Part shown: piece after piece, positions 48,539-57,701 of the stretch
Layout: the number at the start of each line of letters is the position of its first letter
How positions within the stretch are numbered: position 1 is the stretch's first letter
From: Acidobacteriota bacterium
GTDB taxonomy: Bacteria; Acidobacteriota; CAIWXX01
Direction: 5' to 3'
Length of the DNA stretch: 63,723 nucleotides
NCBI GenBank assembly: GCA_016191015.1
Contig: JACPPM010000238.1
Coordinates: forward strand, 1 to 63,723
Position numbers and translations under genes: made by a program
The notes under the pieces: generated by a model
Told to the model about the DNA's origin: nothing
Databases searched by the model: none
Seen by the model: only the letters and a program-made list of their open reading frames with translations

Positions 48539-49425
48539 GCACTGAACAAGCCGTTCTGGACGGCCTCGAAATAGACAATCCGGTGATGCCGTATCTGCGG
48601 AAGGACCGGATTCCGCACATCTGGTGCCCGGGCTGCGGCATCGGGACGACGGTCAACTGTTTCGCGCGCGCGCTCGGCGAAAGCGGGCTCGATCTCGACA
48701 AGGTAGCGGTGGTTTCAGGCATCGGGTGCACGGGGCGTGTCGCAGGCTACATGAACCTCGACTCATTCCACACGACCCACGGTCGCCCGATCCCGTTCGC
48801 CACGGGCTTGAAGCTTGCCAACCCCGAGCTGAAAGTCGTTGTGTATTCGGGGGATGGCGATCTATTTGCCATCGGCGGAAACCACTTTTTCCACGCCGCT
48901 CGGCGCAACATGGACCTGATGGTTGTCTGCATCAATAACCACACCTACGGCATGACCGGCGGGCAGCTCGCTCCGACGACCCCGATGGGGGCCACGCAGA
49001 CGACGATGCCGTATGGGAACTTCGAGCAGCCGTTCAACCTGCCTTTCATTGCCGACGCATGCGGGGCTGTGTACGTGGCGAGATGGACCGTCTACCACGT
49101 GAAGCAGATCACGCGCGCGATGAAAGAGGGGCTCTCCAAGCGCGGGTTCGCTTTCATCGAGATCATCTCGCCCTGCCCTACCCTTTACTCACGTCGCAAT
49201 CGCCTCGGCGACGGCGTCGACATGGTGAAGTACTACAAGGAAAAGAGCGTGATCAAGAACGGGGCGAACACGAAGGAAGTCGATCTCTCGTTCCAGGGCG
49301 AAATCACAGTCGGCAAGTTCGTGGATCGTGAGCGCACGACGTGGCTGGACGGGATGAACGATCATTTCTCGAAGGTCTTTGGGAGCAAGTTCAAGAAATA
49401 CGGAGTCCATCATGTCGAAGATTGA
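48535..49425 (+). CDS. 2-oxoacid:acceptor oxidoreductase beta (TPP-binding) subunit
   Basis: WCPGCG, SGIGC, GDGD..AIGGNH, YGMTGGQ, SPCPT. Confidence 0.93.
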   Translation: MSTEQAVLDGLEIDNPVMPYLRKDRIPHIWCPGCGIGTTVNCFARALGESGLDLDKVAVVSGIGCTGRVAGYMNLDSFHTTHGRPIPFATGLKLANPELKVVVYSGDGDLFAIGGNHFFHAARRNMDLMVVCINNHTYGMTGGQLAPTTPMGATQTTMPYGNFEQPFNLPFIADACGAVYVARWTVYHVKQITRAMKEGLSKRGFAFIEIISPCPTLYSRRNRLGDGVDMVKYYKEKSVIKNGANTKEVDLSFQGEITVGKFVDRERTTWLDGMNDHFSKVFGSKFKKYGVHHVED

Positions 49426-50011
49426 TATTCGCGTCGGCGGTCTGGGCGGGCAGGGTGTCATCCTGTGCGCCAGCATCATTGGGAAGGCGGCTGCGATTCA
49501 CGACAACAAGCACGCCACGCTGATCCAGTCGTTCGGGCCCGAGGCGCGGGGGAGCGCCTGTAGCGCGCAGGTCATGATCGACGATCATCCGATCGGCTAC
49601 CCGTACGTGAAAAGCCTGGACGTTCTGGTTGTCATGTCGCGAGACGCCTACAAGCAGTTCGTCACCCAGCTCAAGCCGGGTGGCATCCTGCTCTACGAAG
49701 AAGAGCTCGTCACGCCCGGCGCGATGCCTCCGGGTGTCAGTGCCTACGCCATACCGGCCACACGGTTCGCCGAGCAGCTCGGCCGGCGCCTCGTGCTCAA
49801 CATCGTCATGGTCGGGTTCTTCGCAGGCGTCACGGGCCTCCTCTCTGAGCAGGCCGTGGAGAAGGCCGTCCTCAGCTCGGTGCCGAAAGGGACGGAGGAC
49901 CTGAACTTGCGAGCCTACCGCAAGGGGTTTGAGTACGGGCGGGAGCAGGTTGAGTCCCGCAGGCTGGAGTCGGCCGCAAACGGGCAGACGCAGCAGAGCT
50001 TCGCGATCTGA
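49412..50011 (+). CDS. 2-oxoacid:acceptor oxidoreductase gamma subunit
   Basis: GLGGQG, SFGPEARGSAC, NIVMVG. Confidence 0.92.
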   Translation: MSKIDIRVGGLGGQGVILCASIIGKAAAIHDNKHATLIQSFGPEARGSACSAQVMIDDHPIGYPYVKSLDVLVVMSRDAYKQFVTQLKPGGILLYEEELVTPGAMPPGVSAYAIPATRFAEQLGRRLVLNIVMVGFFAGVTGLLSEQAVEKAVLSSVPKGTEDLNLRAYRKGFEYGREQVESRRLESAANGQTQQSFAI

Positions 50012-50027
50012 ACGGAGGTCAGCGCCT

Positions 50028-50627
50028 ATGAACCTGGAAGAATATCCGATCACGCTCACGCTCAAGGACGGATTGCACGTCACGATCAGGCCGATGACCG
50101 CCTCCGACGGGCCGGCATTGCTGGAGTTTTTCCGCAGCCTGCCTGAGGAGGACCGGCAGTTCCTCCGCGAGGACGTCACGCAGCAGGAGGTCGTCGCCAG
50201 GTTCGTCGCGAACTTGGACTACGATACCGTGCTGCCGCTTCTCGCCATCAACGAAGGCAAGATTGTCGGGGATGCGACGCTGCACCGGACACACCGGGGA
50301 TGGTCGTCTCACGTGGGAGAAATCCGCGTCGTTGTCGCGCGAGCCTTCCAGCGCAACGGTCTCGGCACGACCCTCGCCAAGTACCTCGTCCGCCATGCCA
50401 TCTCCGTCGGGCTCGACAAGATGGTCGGCGAAGTCATCGACAACCAGGTCGGCGCGCGGCGTGCCTTCGAGCGGCTCGGGTTCCATCCCGAAGCCGTGCT
50501 GAAGGGGCATGTCAAGGACATCCACGGCATGAAGCGCGACCTGGTCATCCTGGCCAACGACGTCAGCCATATCTGGGAGAAGATGGAAGCGATGGTCGCG
50601 GACTTCTCGCCGACGTTCGGCGGGTAG
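50028..50627 (+). CDS. GNAT-family N-acetyltransferase
   Basis: LKDG..V.IRP...D, FQRNGLGT motif A, FERLGF. Confidence 0.9.
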   Translation: MNLEEYPITLTLKDGLHVTIRPMTASDGPALLEFFRSLPEEDRQFLREDVTQQEVVARFVANLDYDTVLPLLAINEGKIVGDATLHRTHRGWSSHVGEIRVVVARAFQRNGLGTTLAKYLVRHAISVGLDKMVGEVIDNQVGARRAFERLGFHPEAVLKGHVKDIHGMKRDLVILANDVSHIWEKMEAMVADFSPTFGG

Positions 50628-50629
50628 CC
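50232..50629 (+). repeat. Left direct repeat (GNAT 3' end), island boundary
   Basis: 398 bp, colinear with 59028-59425. Confidence 0.9.
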
Positions 50630-50691
50630 CGGGCAACGCAGCCTGCGGAATTCCAATAGCCCGACCTTCGGTATCGCTCGGCTGGGCGTGT

Positions 50692-51074
50692 GATGCCGGG
50701 TCGAGCTGAAGTCACGCGAGGTCGATCTCTTCTCGATAGAGGCGCCATCTCTCAGCACATTCGCGTGCGTCGATGCTCGCGCAAGGAGCCCATTCTCGAG
50801 CTCGTCGGGCTAGATGAGCTTGTATGGAATGACCACAAACGACCACTTCTGAGGCGGAAAGTCCTTCGAGTTGCGCGTGACGAGACGGAGGCCGTTCATC
50901 TGAGCAAGGGCAGCCTGGAAGGCGTCGGGCAGCCTCCAACGAGTCTCGCGACGTAGACGGGCGGCGAGGTCAGCGACCGTCTTGTCGATCACGCGCGCCG
51001 TCTCCGCCATCGTGTCTGTCCCATGAGTAATCACGATCCGCTCCTCGTCCGCCTGCCGGCAGTTCTCCAGGATG
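50692..51074 (-). pseudogene. Mosaic relic: asparaginase fragment + PIN 3' end + STAND-gene 3' end
   Basis: 50986-51074 matches 59823-59911; 50819-50990 matches 56071-56242; 50692-50817 matches 52324-52449. Confidence 0.85.
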
Positions 51075-51110
51075 GGCAGTTACTAGCATTCAAGCTGTCC
51101 AACGCAGAAG

Positions 51111-51935
51111 TCATGATGGGAGGGTGCGGCGGCGCAGTTTCTTGAGAGGTTCATAGCCCTGAGCAATTCGCATGCGGTTGATTGCTTCAGCGGTAGCTTC
51201 GTAGTGTTCGACTTCAGACTGCGGTGCCTTGTTCCACATGTCCTGCAGGCAATGCCAGGCCCTTGCCCCTCTTGTGGTTGGCAGATGCCAGTAGTCAACT
51301 TCGTTCATAACACCAGCCTTGTTTGCCCGTTCCTTTTCAGAGCATTCGAGATGACGAATCGCAGGAGATTTCCCATCTGGAGAAACGGGGTTGTGGCTGG
51401 GATCATTTAGTAAGGAGACCACCGACGGATGTAACAAGATTCGAAGTCCTTTAATCCCGCACGTTTCGGCGGCATGAGCGCGCACGACAGCGGTCCCCAG
51501 AAATTCGGTAGCGTGATTCCCGCCATCAAGGCTGACCTCAGAGCTAAATCTGAGTGCAGCAAACGATCCATATGCGATCCCCATTCGTATTGGGATCTGT
51601 TGCGTAAGCATGGAATGCATTAAATCCACGCCGATGTTAGCTGCATCAGAGAACTGCGTCGTGGCAATAAAAGCGGAATCAGAGAAGGTGATGGCTGTCA
51701 GCGGGTGCCGCGTGCTCGCCAAATTGAGCCCCATCTTCAAGGAGTAATGGAAGCCTGAAAAGGTCTGGGACAATTGGTTTCGGGAAGCCGCCATGAACTT
51801 GTCGATCGACTCCAGCGTGAACGAAGGAAGCCTTTCAGGCGCCTTAAGATACTCCAGGTCAATCGGATTGGACTCTGTTAGAGCTTTGAACCCTAGTATA
51901 TCGACGAACAAAACGACCTCATTTTCCGACCTCAT
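51111..51935 (-). CDS. Class III nucleotide cyclase-like protein
   Basis: VLFVDILGF, FSDSAF, IRMGIAYG, GTAVVRAH..E pattern; more AT-rich codons than the backbone. Confidence 0.65.
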   Translation of the reverse strand: MRSENEVVLFVDILGFKALTESNPIDLEYLKAPERLPSFTLESIDKFMAASRNQLSQTFSGFHYSLKMGLNLASTRHPLTAITFSDSAFIATTQFSDAANIGVDLMHSMLTQQIPIRMGIAYGSFAALRFSSEVSLDGGNHATEFLGTAVVRAHAAETCGIKGLRILLHPSVVSLLNDPSHNPVSPDGKSPAIRHLECSEKERANKAGVMNEVDYWHLPTTRGARAWHCLQDMWNKAPQSEVEHYEATAEAINRMRIAQGYEPLKKLRRRTLPS

Positions 51936-52351
51936 CGCATCCCCATCAAGGGCTCGGGACCGCGTCTTGACATCTCATTTGGTCGAGAGGCTTGTGTGGG
52001 ATCGCCGAGGTCTGCGGGCAAACGGCGGAGTTCGAGGCCCAGGGCTCGGTCATGTAATGCGTCCGACTCAATGATATTGCACGCCATGGTAACCGCCGAT
52101 GGACTTCGTCCGAGCAGCCTGGCAATCTCCACTGATCTCAGACCCGAATACAAACGCATCGCATAGCGAAGCGGCCGGGCTTGCCTGCGCTCGGGCATTC
52201 CCGGGAAACTCTTCTCCACTGCTACCTGTACTTCTGCAAGGTTTGTCCGTCTCATGCGATCCATAGGGACCGACGTCTCGTCAACTCGAGATGAAAAGTC
52301 AGGACGCGGTCCGCAGCTCACGCGATGCCGAGTCCTGCGGAGGTCACTCAA
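51932..52351 (-). CDS. Small HTH protein or remnant (DnaA-C-like HTH)
   Basis: SGLRSVEIARLLGRSPSAVTMA HTH; overlaps both neighbours. Confidence 0.4.
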   Translation of the reverse strand: MSDLRRTRHRVSCGPRPDFSSRVDETSVPMDRMRRTNLAEVQVAVEKSFPGMPERRQARPLRYAMRLYSGLRSVEIARLLGRSPSAVTMACNIIESDALHDRALGLELRRLPADLGDPTQASRPNEMSRRGPEPLMGMR

Positions 52352-55300
52352 GGTCGATCTCTTCTTGATAGAGGCGCCACCTCTCAGCAGATTCGCGTGC
52401 GTCGTGGGTCGCGCGTAGAGCCCATTCTCGAACTCGTCGAAGAGGATGACTCAGGAATCTCTTGGCGGATTCCTCGGCCTCGCGGTAGCGACCGGCGATG
52501 TCGCCGGCCAGTCCACCGACGTACCATGAGCCCGCGCAGAACTCATCAAATACGCTTTCATCGTCTTCGAACTCCGTCAGAACAAACTCCGTGAGGGGTG
52601 GTACGAACATCTGACCATCAGGTGTGGAACGAGGTGCAGGGAGGAATCGAGCGATCTTCTGTGCACCCCGACGGCCATTGGACCGAAGCCAGTTCATGGT
52701 GTTCTCGTGAGGTATCGCCGAGAACAGCGAGCGTCCGTGCGTGATATCGAGACGCCTACCATGTCTTGAGCTCAGGAGTAGGCGACCGACTTCCCGCATG
52801 ACTTCATCCGGATTAGCTCTCGCCAGTACGACTGAAACCTTTTCCGCGTCGTCGGACAGCGCATATTCTCCTTCAAAGAGACCTTTGACGGCCGCGCGAA
52901 TGGTCCGGGTGGGCTCGGCCCCCATCAACTCCTTGAGCACCACCAGCCAGTGAAGGCACTCCTCCGCCGTGACGAATCCGCCCGCCTCAATTAGTTTCCA
53001 GATCAGGATTCGCGTTTGCCTGTGGGCCACCACTGGTGCCTCCCCGCTTCGCTTCTTCTGCTCGATCCGGGCCGTGAGCGATTCCAAGGCAAGTTGGCGA
53101 GCAAGCTCATCCTTCCCCTTCGTCGCAGCATCTACCAATCGGCCGAACAGCTCACGAAACTCGCGATCGCCAATTGAATGGCCGATCCAGCCCCGCAGAA
53201 GATTTCCCAAATGAATTGGCGTCAGCAGGCCCTTGTCGTAGAGTCGTAGAGCACGAGACACTGGACTTGCCGCGTCGCCGATGCCAATCGACAAATCGAA
53301 AGCCGCGCGGGGGGCCACGACTTCCATCTCGTCCAGTCCCGCGGACAATCGACCGGTCAGATGCGGCCGCGAATCCATCAGTCCCATTACGTAGCCTTTG
53401 GCGAATTCGATGCGGGAGTGATGCCTGGTAGCCTCCAGGACCACGTCGAGGAATCGGGCATCTTCGTCGAGCTCGCCCAACTCTCGACCAAAAGTCTCGG
53501 CGCTTCGGGCCTGATCCGAAAAGAGCCATTCCACATCATTGAGGAGCGATGTCGGGGATTGCTGATACTTGGTTGCGAGCGCTCTGATCTCTGCCAACCA
53601 AGACTCCTCACCGGCCGAAGTGGAGTCACGATGGGAGGCCTTTCCCACGAGCACCCGAAGTCGGCCGTGGAGGTCCCGCGGAATCAACGAATCGATCCAT
53701 TGTCTGACCTGTAGAACATATGCCTCCGCCTGTTCCGGCTTTTCAGAATCCCTGTCAACGTCGTACTGCACGAATTCCTCTCCAACCTCGAGCAGGCTCG
53801 CCCGCAATTCGTCGGAGATGTTTCTTGCTTCGAACATTGCAACCACATCGTCGAGATATCCAGCGCGCAGCAAGTGTCTCAGCCTCGAGATCACGATTCG
53901 ATGCGACCCCGTAACAAGGAGGCTGTCTTCACCATGGCTGAGTTCTCGAAGCAACTGTACGGCTTGTTCCAGGCACTCGCGTTCCTCCGAAAGCGTAGAC
54001 GGCCTCCAGTCTGGCGGTGGGATCGTACCAGCCACGAGAGTCGGCGATGGGTGCCCCACCGCGAGTTCCTCGAAAATCCCATCCAGAGCATCTAGCGCAA
54101 GAGATACAACCTCTCTCCGCTCGGAGAGGAGCCTAACCTTGAGGGGCTCCATCCTCCTCCGAAATGGAGTCGGTGTGCCTGAAAGGTGGATTCTGAAAAG
54201 CTCCGTCCAGATTCTCCTCGCGTTATTCGCGATATTCGGCTCAGTCTCCTCAACTGCCAGCTCGAGCAGAACGGATTCCACTTCATCGAACATTTCCTGC
54301 AGATGACCGAGATCCTGCAGGAGCCAGACGAGCTTGCGCCGCGGATTTCTCCCGTTCTCGGCTTGCGAGAGAAGATTCAGCGTCCCTTCCCGCGAAGCTT
54401 TGTGCACGAGGTTTCGCAGAATGGACAGATAAGGCTTGGGATCGATCCGTGCGAGAGCGATTATTCGATCTGTTGTTGCTGTGTCTGCCAAACTCTGAGG
54501 TTGAAGTGTCGTAGCCCATTGGAGGAAGTAAGACGATACCGAACCGCGCACCTCTGGGCTGGCATCCCTTTGCACCCTATCGAGGAAGGATGGCAGAAGG
54601 CGCGGGGGTATCCGCATGAGGAAGGCGGCAGGATCATATTCGGCGCGGGTCTTCCACGCCGAGGCAAGAAGCGCGCGAGCGGCCACGGCAGGGGCCACTC
54701 GGAAGTATCGACCGACTTTTCTCACGACACCACCGTTGCTCTCCAGCCGGTTGGCCATCTCAATCAGCTCGTCCTTGTCCATTCCGACCCAATAGGACAG
54801 AAGGACTATTTCCTCCTGAGCCGGGCCTTTGAATGCGACCTTCATCTGCAGGGACAAAGCCTCCGCAACTTTCGACTCCTGCTGTGTGAGGCGGACTGCA
54901 AGATAATCAGGAACAGATGACGGAACCGCCCCTTTGCCCGAGGCCACGGTCGTCTGCCGATCGTTCGCGCACATATCGGCCGCAAAGCGGATGTTGTCGC
55001 CGGCCAGTTTCAGATAGGCCAACCTGCGTTCAGCAGGAACGCCCGGGAAGTTCCGATCGAGTATGTCCGTGATGACTTGCGATGGGAGAGGATCAATCCA
55101 GATGGCGTCATCGGGGCAGGCCTGTCTGGACGCGCTATCGACAAGGATTGCCCTGATCCTGTGCTCGTGTCCCTGAATCAACTGGGCCGCCGCCACACGG
55201 GTCTCGGTATCGCAATCATCAACCACAAGAATGGCGGTGACGGACTGATCCACGAGCAGCGTTCTTGCCACTCTGCCGACGTCTTCGGAATCGACATAAA

Positions 55301-56057
55301 GGACCGTGCCATCAGCACCGGGGATTTTAGACAGGCACTCGCAGAGAAAGCGTCTCTTTCCTGACCCACTCGCGCCCCTCAGGACCAAGATACTGTGTTT
55401 GCAGGACACCGAGAACGCAATGTGATTCATAATCGCCGTCTCGACTTCCATCCGTGCCTGAACGTCGATGTAGAGAGGCGTATTCCCAATCACGGACTTC
55501 GCCCGTATCCGAAGTGGGAGGGCGGCGCCGGCCAATTCCGGCCGGAAGAACTCTACTACCAAGGAAGGGAATCGAGAGGCCCACGCCGCCAGGTCGTCGG
55601 CGCTGACGACGAGTGGATCGGGCGCGGCTGGATTCAGTTTTCTCGCCTCGATGCGTAGAAGAGCCTCCCAATTGGCTTTCTTTGGCGCTGCAATGGAGTC
55701 GCACACACAGAGACGATACGCGCCTCCTTGCAGAAGATTGGACTTGACGAAGGGGTTCTGCAGTTCCCTCAAGAGCTGTGCTTTACGGACGTCGACTGCA
55801 GCCCGTGCTTTGTATTGCCAGACGCTCGGCACCCCGAACCGCCCGGTAGGATCATTCGGAATGGGGGCCTTGACCAGAGTGTCGACTCCTCCGTCGGGCT
55901 GGTTCGTTTGGATATTGGTGTGAACAAAAGCGTCTGGGAGTCCTCCAGCGAACGCTTGCGACCGAATGAGGGAATCGACAAATTTGGTGAACTTGTCGCC
56001 ACCAGGCGAACGGGTGTGGTTGATCACATCCCGAGCGTCTACGCTCCACAAACTCAT
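52344..56057 (-). CDS. Large protein: N-terminal restriction-endonuclease-like domain + STAND-like NTPase + helical repeats
   Basis: PDGGVD...WQYK nuclease-like motif; GASGSGKR Walker A; ILVVDD Walker B; long helical C-terminus. Confidence 0.7.
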   Translation of the reverse strand: MSLWSVDARDVINHTRSPGGDKFTKFVDSLIRSQAFAGGLPDAFVHTNIQTNQPDGGVDTLVKAPIPNDPTGRFGVPSVWQYKARAAVDVRKAQLLRELQNPFVKSNLLQGGAYRLCVCDSIAAPKKANWEALLRIEARKLNPAAPDPLVVSADDLAAWASRFPSLVVEFFRPELAGAALPLRIRAKSVIGNTPLYIDVQARMEVETAIMNHIAFSVSCKHSILVLRGASGSGKRRFLCECLSKIPGADGTVLYVDSEDVGRVARTLLVDQSVTAILVVDDCDTETRVAAAQLIQGHEHRIRAILVDSASRQACPDDAIWIDPLPSQVITDILDRNFPGVPAERRLAYLKLAGDNIRFAADMCANDRQTTVASGKGAVPSSVPDYLAVRLTQQESKVAEALSLQMKVAFKGPAQEEIVLLSYWVGMDKDELIEMANRLESNGGVVRKVGRYFRVAPAVAARALLASAWKTRAEYDPAAFLMRIPPRLLPSFLDRVQRDASPEVRGSVSSYFLQWATTLQPQSLADTATTDRIIALARIDPKPYLSILRNLVHKASREGTLNLLSQAENGRNPRRKLVWLLQDLGHLQEMFDEVESVLLELAVEETEPNIANNARRIWTELFRIHLSGTPTPFRRRMEPLKVRLLSERREVVSLALDALDGIFEELAVGHPSPTLVAGTIPPPDWRPSTLSEERECLEQAVQLLRELSHGEDSLLVTGSHRIVISRLRHLLRAGYLDDVVAMFEARNISDELRASLLEVGEEFVQYDVDRDSEKPEQAEAYVLQVRQWIDSLIPRDLHGRLRVLVGKASHRDSTSAGEESWLAEIRALATKYQQSPTSLLNDVEWLFSDQARSAETFGRELGELDEDARFLDVVLEATRHHSRIEFAKGYVMGLMDSRPHLTGRLSAGLDEMEVVAPRAAFDLSIGIGDAASPVSRALRLYDKGLLTPIHLGNLLRGWIGHSIGDREFRELFGRLVDAATKGKDELARQLALESLTARIEQKKRSGEAPVVAHRQTRILIWKLIEAGGFVTAEECLHWLVVLKELMGAEPTRTIRAAVKGLFEGEYALSDDAEKVSVVLARANPDEVMREVGRLLLSSRHGRRLDITHGRSLFSAIPHENTMNWLRSNGRRGAQKIARFLPAPRSTPDGQMFVPPLTEFVLTEFEDDESVFDEFCAGSWYVGGLAGDIAGRYREAEESAKRFLSHPLRRVREWALRATHDARESAERWRLYQEEIDLE

Positions 56058-56061
56058 TGGG

Positions 56062-56448
56062 CTATTTGACCTTGTACGGAATGAGCACGAACGGCCATTT
56101 CTGAGGCGGAAAGTCCTTCGAGTTGCGCGTGACGAGACGGAGGCCGTTCATCTGAGCAAGGGCAGCCTGGAAGGCGTCGGGCAGCCTCCAACGAGTCTCG
56201 CGACGTAGACGGGCGGCGAGGTCAGCAACCGTTTTGTCGATCGGGAGCGTCGGAAAGCAATCCAGGAGTCGCCGGGCCGCTGTTGAGCCTAGCGCGTCGA
56301 ACCCTGAGAGGACCTCCGCGCGTGTGATAACGGAGATTACCGCATCATTGTGAGTGCGCGCCAAGTACTGCGTGGCTTGTGGGACGTCGTTGAAATGATC
56401 GATGAGGATGACTGAGTCCAAGAGGAACTTCACCGACGCCCCTGCCAT
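56062..56448 (-). CDS. vapC: PIN-domain (VapC-like) toxin
   Basis: LLDSVILID, ITRAEVL, LPDAFQAA, LVTRNSKDF. Confidence 0.9.
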   Translation of the reverse strand: MAGASVKFLLDSVILIDHFNDVPQATQYLARTHNDAVISVITRAEVLSGFDALGSTAARRLLDCFPTLPIDKTVADLAARLRRETRWRLPDAFQAALAQMNGLRLVTRNSKDFPPQKWPFVLIPYKVK

Positions 56449-56672
56449 TCCCGTCGACGCATACGCTGGTAGTCGAGACCGTCTCCCTTGCGCCAGATGC
56501 CACTAGTTTGGCGGAGGATTTCTTTGAAATCTGGAGATTCGGCACTCCACTCACGCCTGAGCCGGCGCACGGCATCCCGCACAATCTGCGTCATGGGAAC
56601 GTCTCGTTCCTTGGCCATCCGGTCCAGCCACTCCTTGTCTTGTGGGTCGAGGCTCACAATTGTTCGCGTCAT
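56430..56672 (-). CDS. Ribbon-helix-helix (CopG-like) antitoxin
   Basis: MTRTIVSL...WLD..A....MTQIVRDAV; overlaps the PIN gene; GATATCA repeats at 56694-56720 upstream. Confidence 0.85.
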   Translation of the reverse strand: MTRTIVSLDPQDKEWLDRMAKERDVPMTQIVRDAVRRLRREWSAESPDFKEILRQTSGIWRKGDGLDYQRMRRREWQGRR

Positions 56673-56861
56673 CCTTCGGGCGTCCTCCTCAACGATATCA
56701 ACCTCATCATAATGATATCATGAAGAGGCCTGAACCGGAACGGTGGGGCGGGACCGTGGAATCGTATCTCTATTCACTCTACGACTACGAGCGGTGACTT
56801 GCGCGCTCTGACGACACGTTGGCAAAGAACAGGCCGCTCGGCGGCCTAGCCGAGCGGCTCG

Positions 56862-57053
56862 AAGATTGATGAGCTATTGACAGGTAGCACCAACGGCGGG
56901 GAACCGCCTACGATTCGTCATGCGACGCTGTTCGATCGCCTCCGCCGCCTCGACGAGGAAATCGAGGGCCGCAAGGATCTCGACGCCGTCATCACCTTCC
57001 TTGACGCCTTCCTCGCTAGAAAGCAATTCCAGCGCATGGCCGCCTCTGCCTGA
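56862..57053 (+). pseudogene. 3' remnant of an XRE-family regulator
   Basis: Frame reads KIDELLTG...LFDRLRRLDEE...DAVITFLDAFLARKQFQRMAASA*; no start codon. Confidence 0.5.
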
Positions 57054-57192
57054 TACCCCATCTGTCATCCGGAAAACTAGCATCCAGCGAGACGGTCCGC
57101 CCCATCGCCGGCAGAGCCTGAGCCGGAGCCCCGCCGGCGCGGTACGCCCTCCGGAAAGCTAGCGATACGGTCCGCCATATTTCCTCTTTCCC

Positions 57193-57693
57193 TTACAGCC
57201 ACCCGCCAATGACCAGGATAGCAATGGCGATCAGGGCCAGTGTGATCACCCAAAGCAGTACATGAGGAATCCAAGAGATACCAGCGAAGGCGGAGTGTAG
57301 CACCCTCCTGAATCTGCTATTCGGCGATCCTAGCGCGTGTGCGTATATGTGGGCGAAGACGGCCGTCAAACATAAGAGAGCGAGAATCCTGAATATCGGA
57401 TCAATCTGGACTCTGATACTGAGGGCAGGCCAACCAACGAAGATGTTGAAGACCGCGGTTGCACAGTGGAAAGCGATGCGTCGGAGGGCCGTCATGGGAA
57501 GCCATCCACATCCCTGTCCAACGGAGCGTGAGCCGATTTCAAAGATGATGACCGCGATGGCCCAAGCAAACAGAGGCAATGCGCAAGGGGGACCGCTGGC
57601 ATACCTTCCAAATGCCTCGGATGCAAGCAACATCGCAAAGTTCGAAAGAAACCAAGCAAGGTATGGACAAAAGTGCATCGTTGCCATCCTCAC
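57193..57693 (-). CDS. Multi-TM protein, candidate RHS immunity protein
   Basis: Starts 8 nt after the RHS stop; hydrophobic. Confidence 0.55.
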   Translation of the reverse strand: MRMATMHFCPYLAWFLSNFAMLLASEAFGRYASGPPCALPLFAWAIAVIIFEIGSRSVGQGCGWLPMTALRRIAFHCATAVFNIFVGWPALSIRVQIDPIFRILALLCLTAVFAHIYAHALGSPNSRFRRVLHSAFAGISWIPHVLLWVITLALIAIAILVIGGWL

Positions 57694-57701
57694 GCAACGG
57701 C

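Noticed and set aside
50810-51034. 74-aa ORF as a functional novel gene
   Set aside because: It is the asparaginase-PIN chimera inside the relic and lacks the N-terminal PIN catalytic residues
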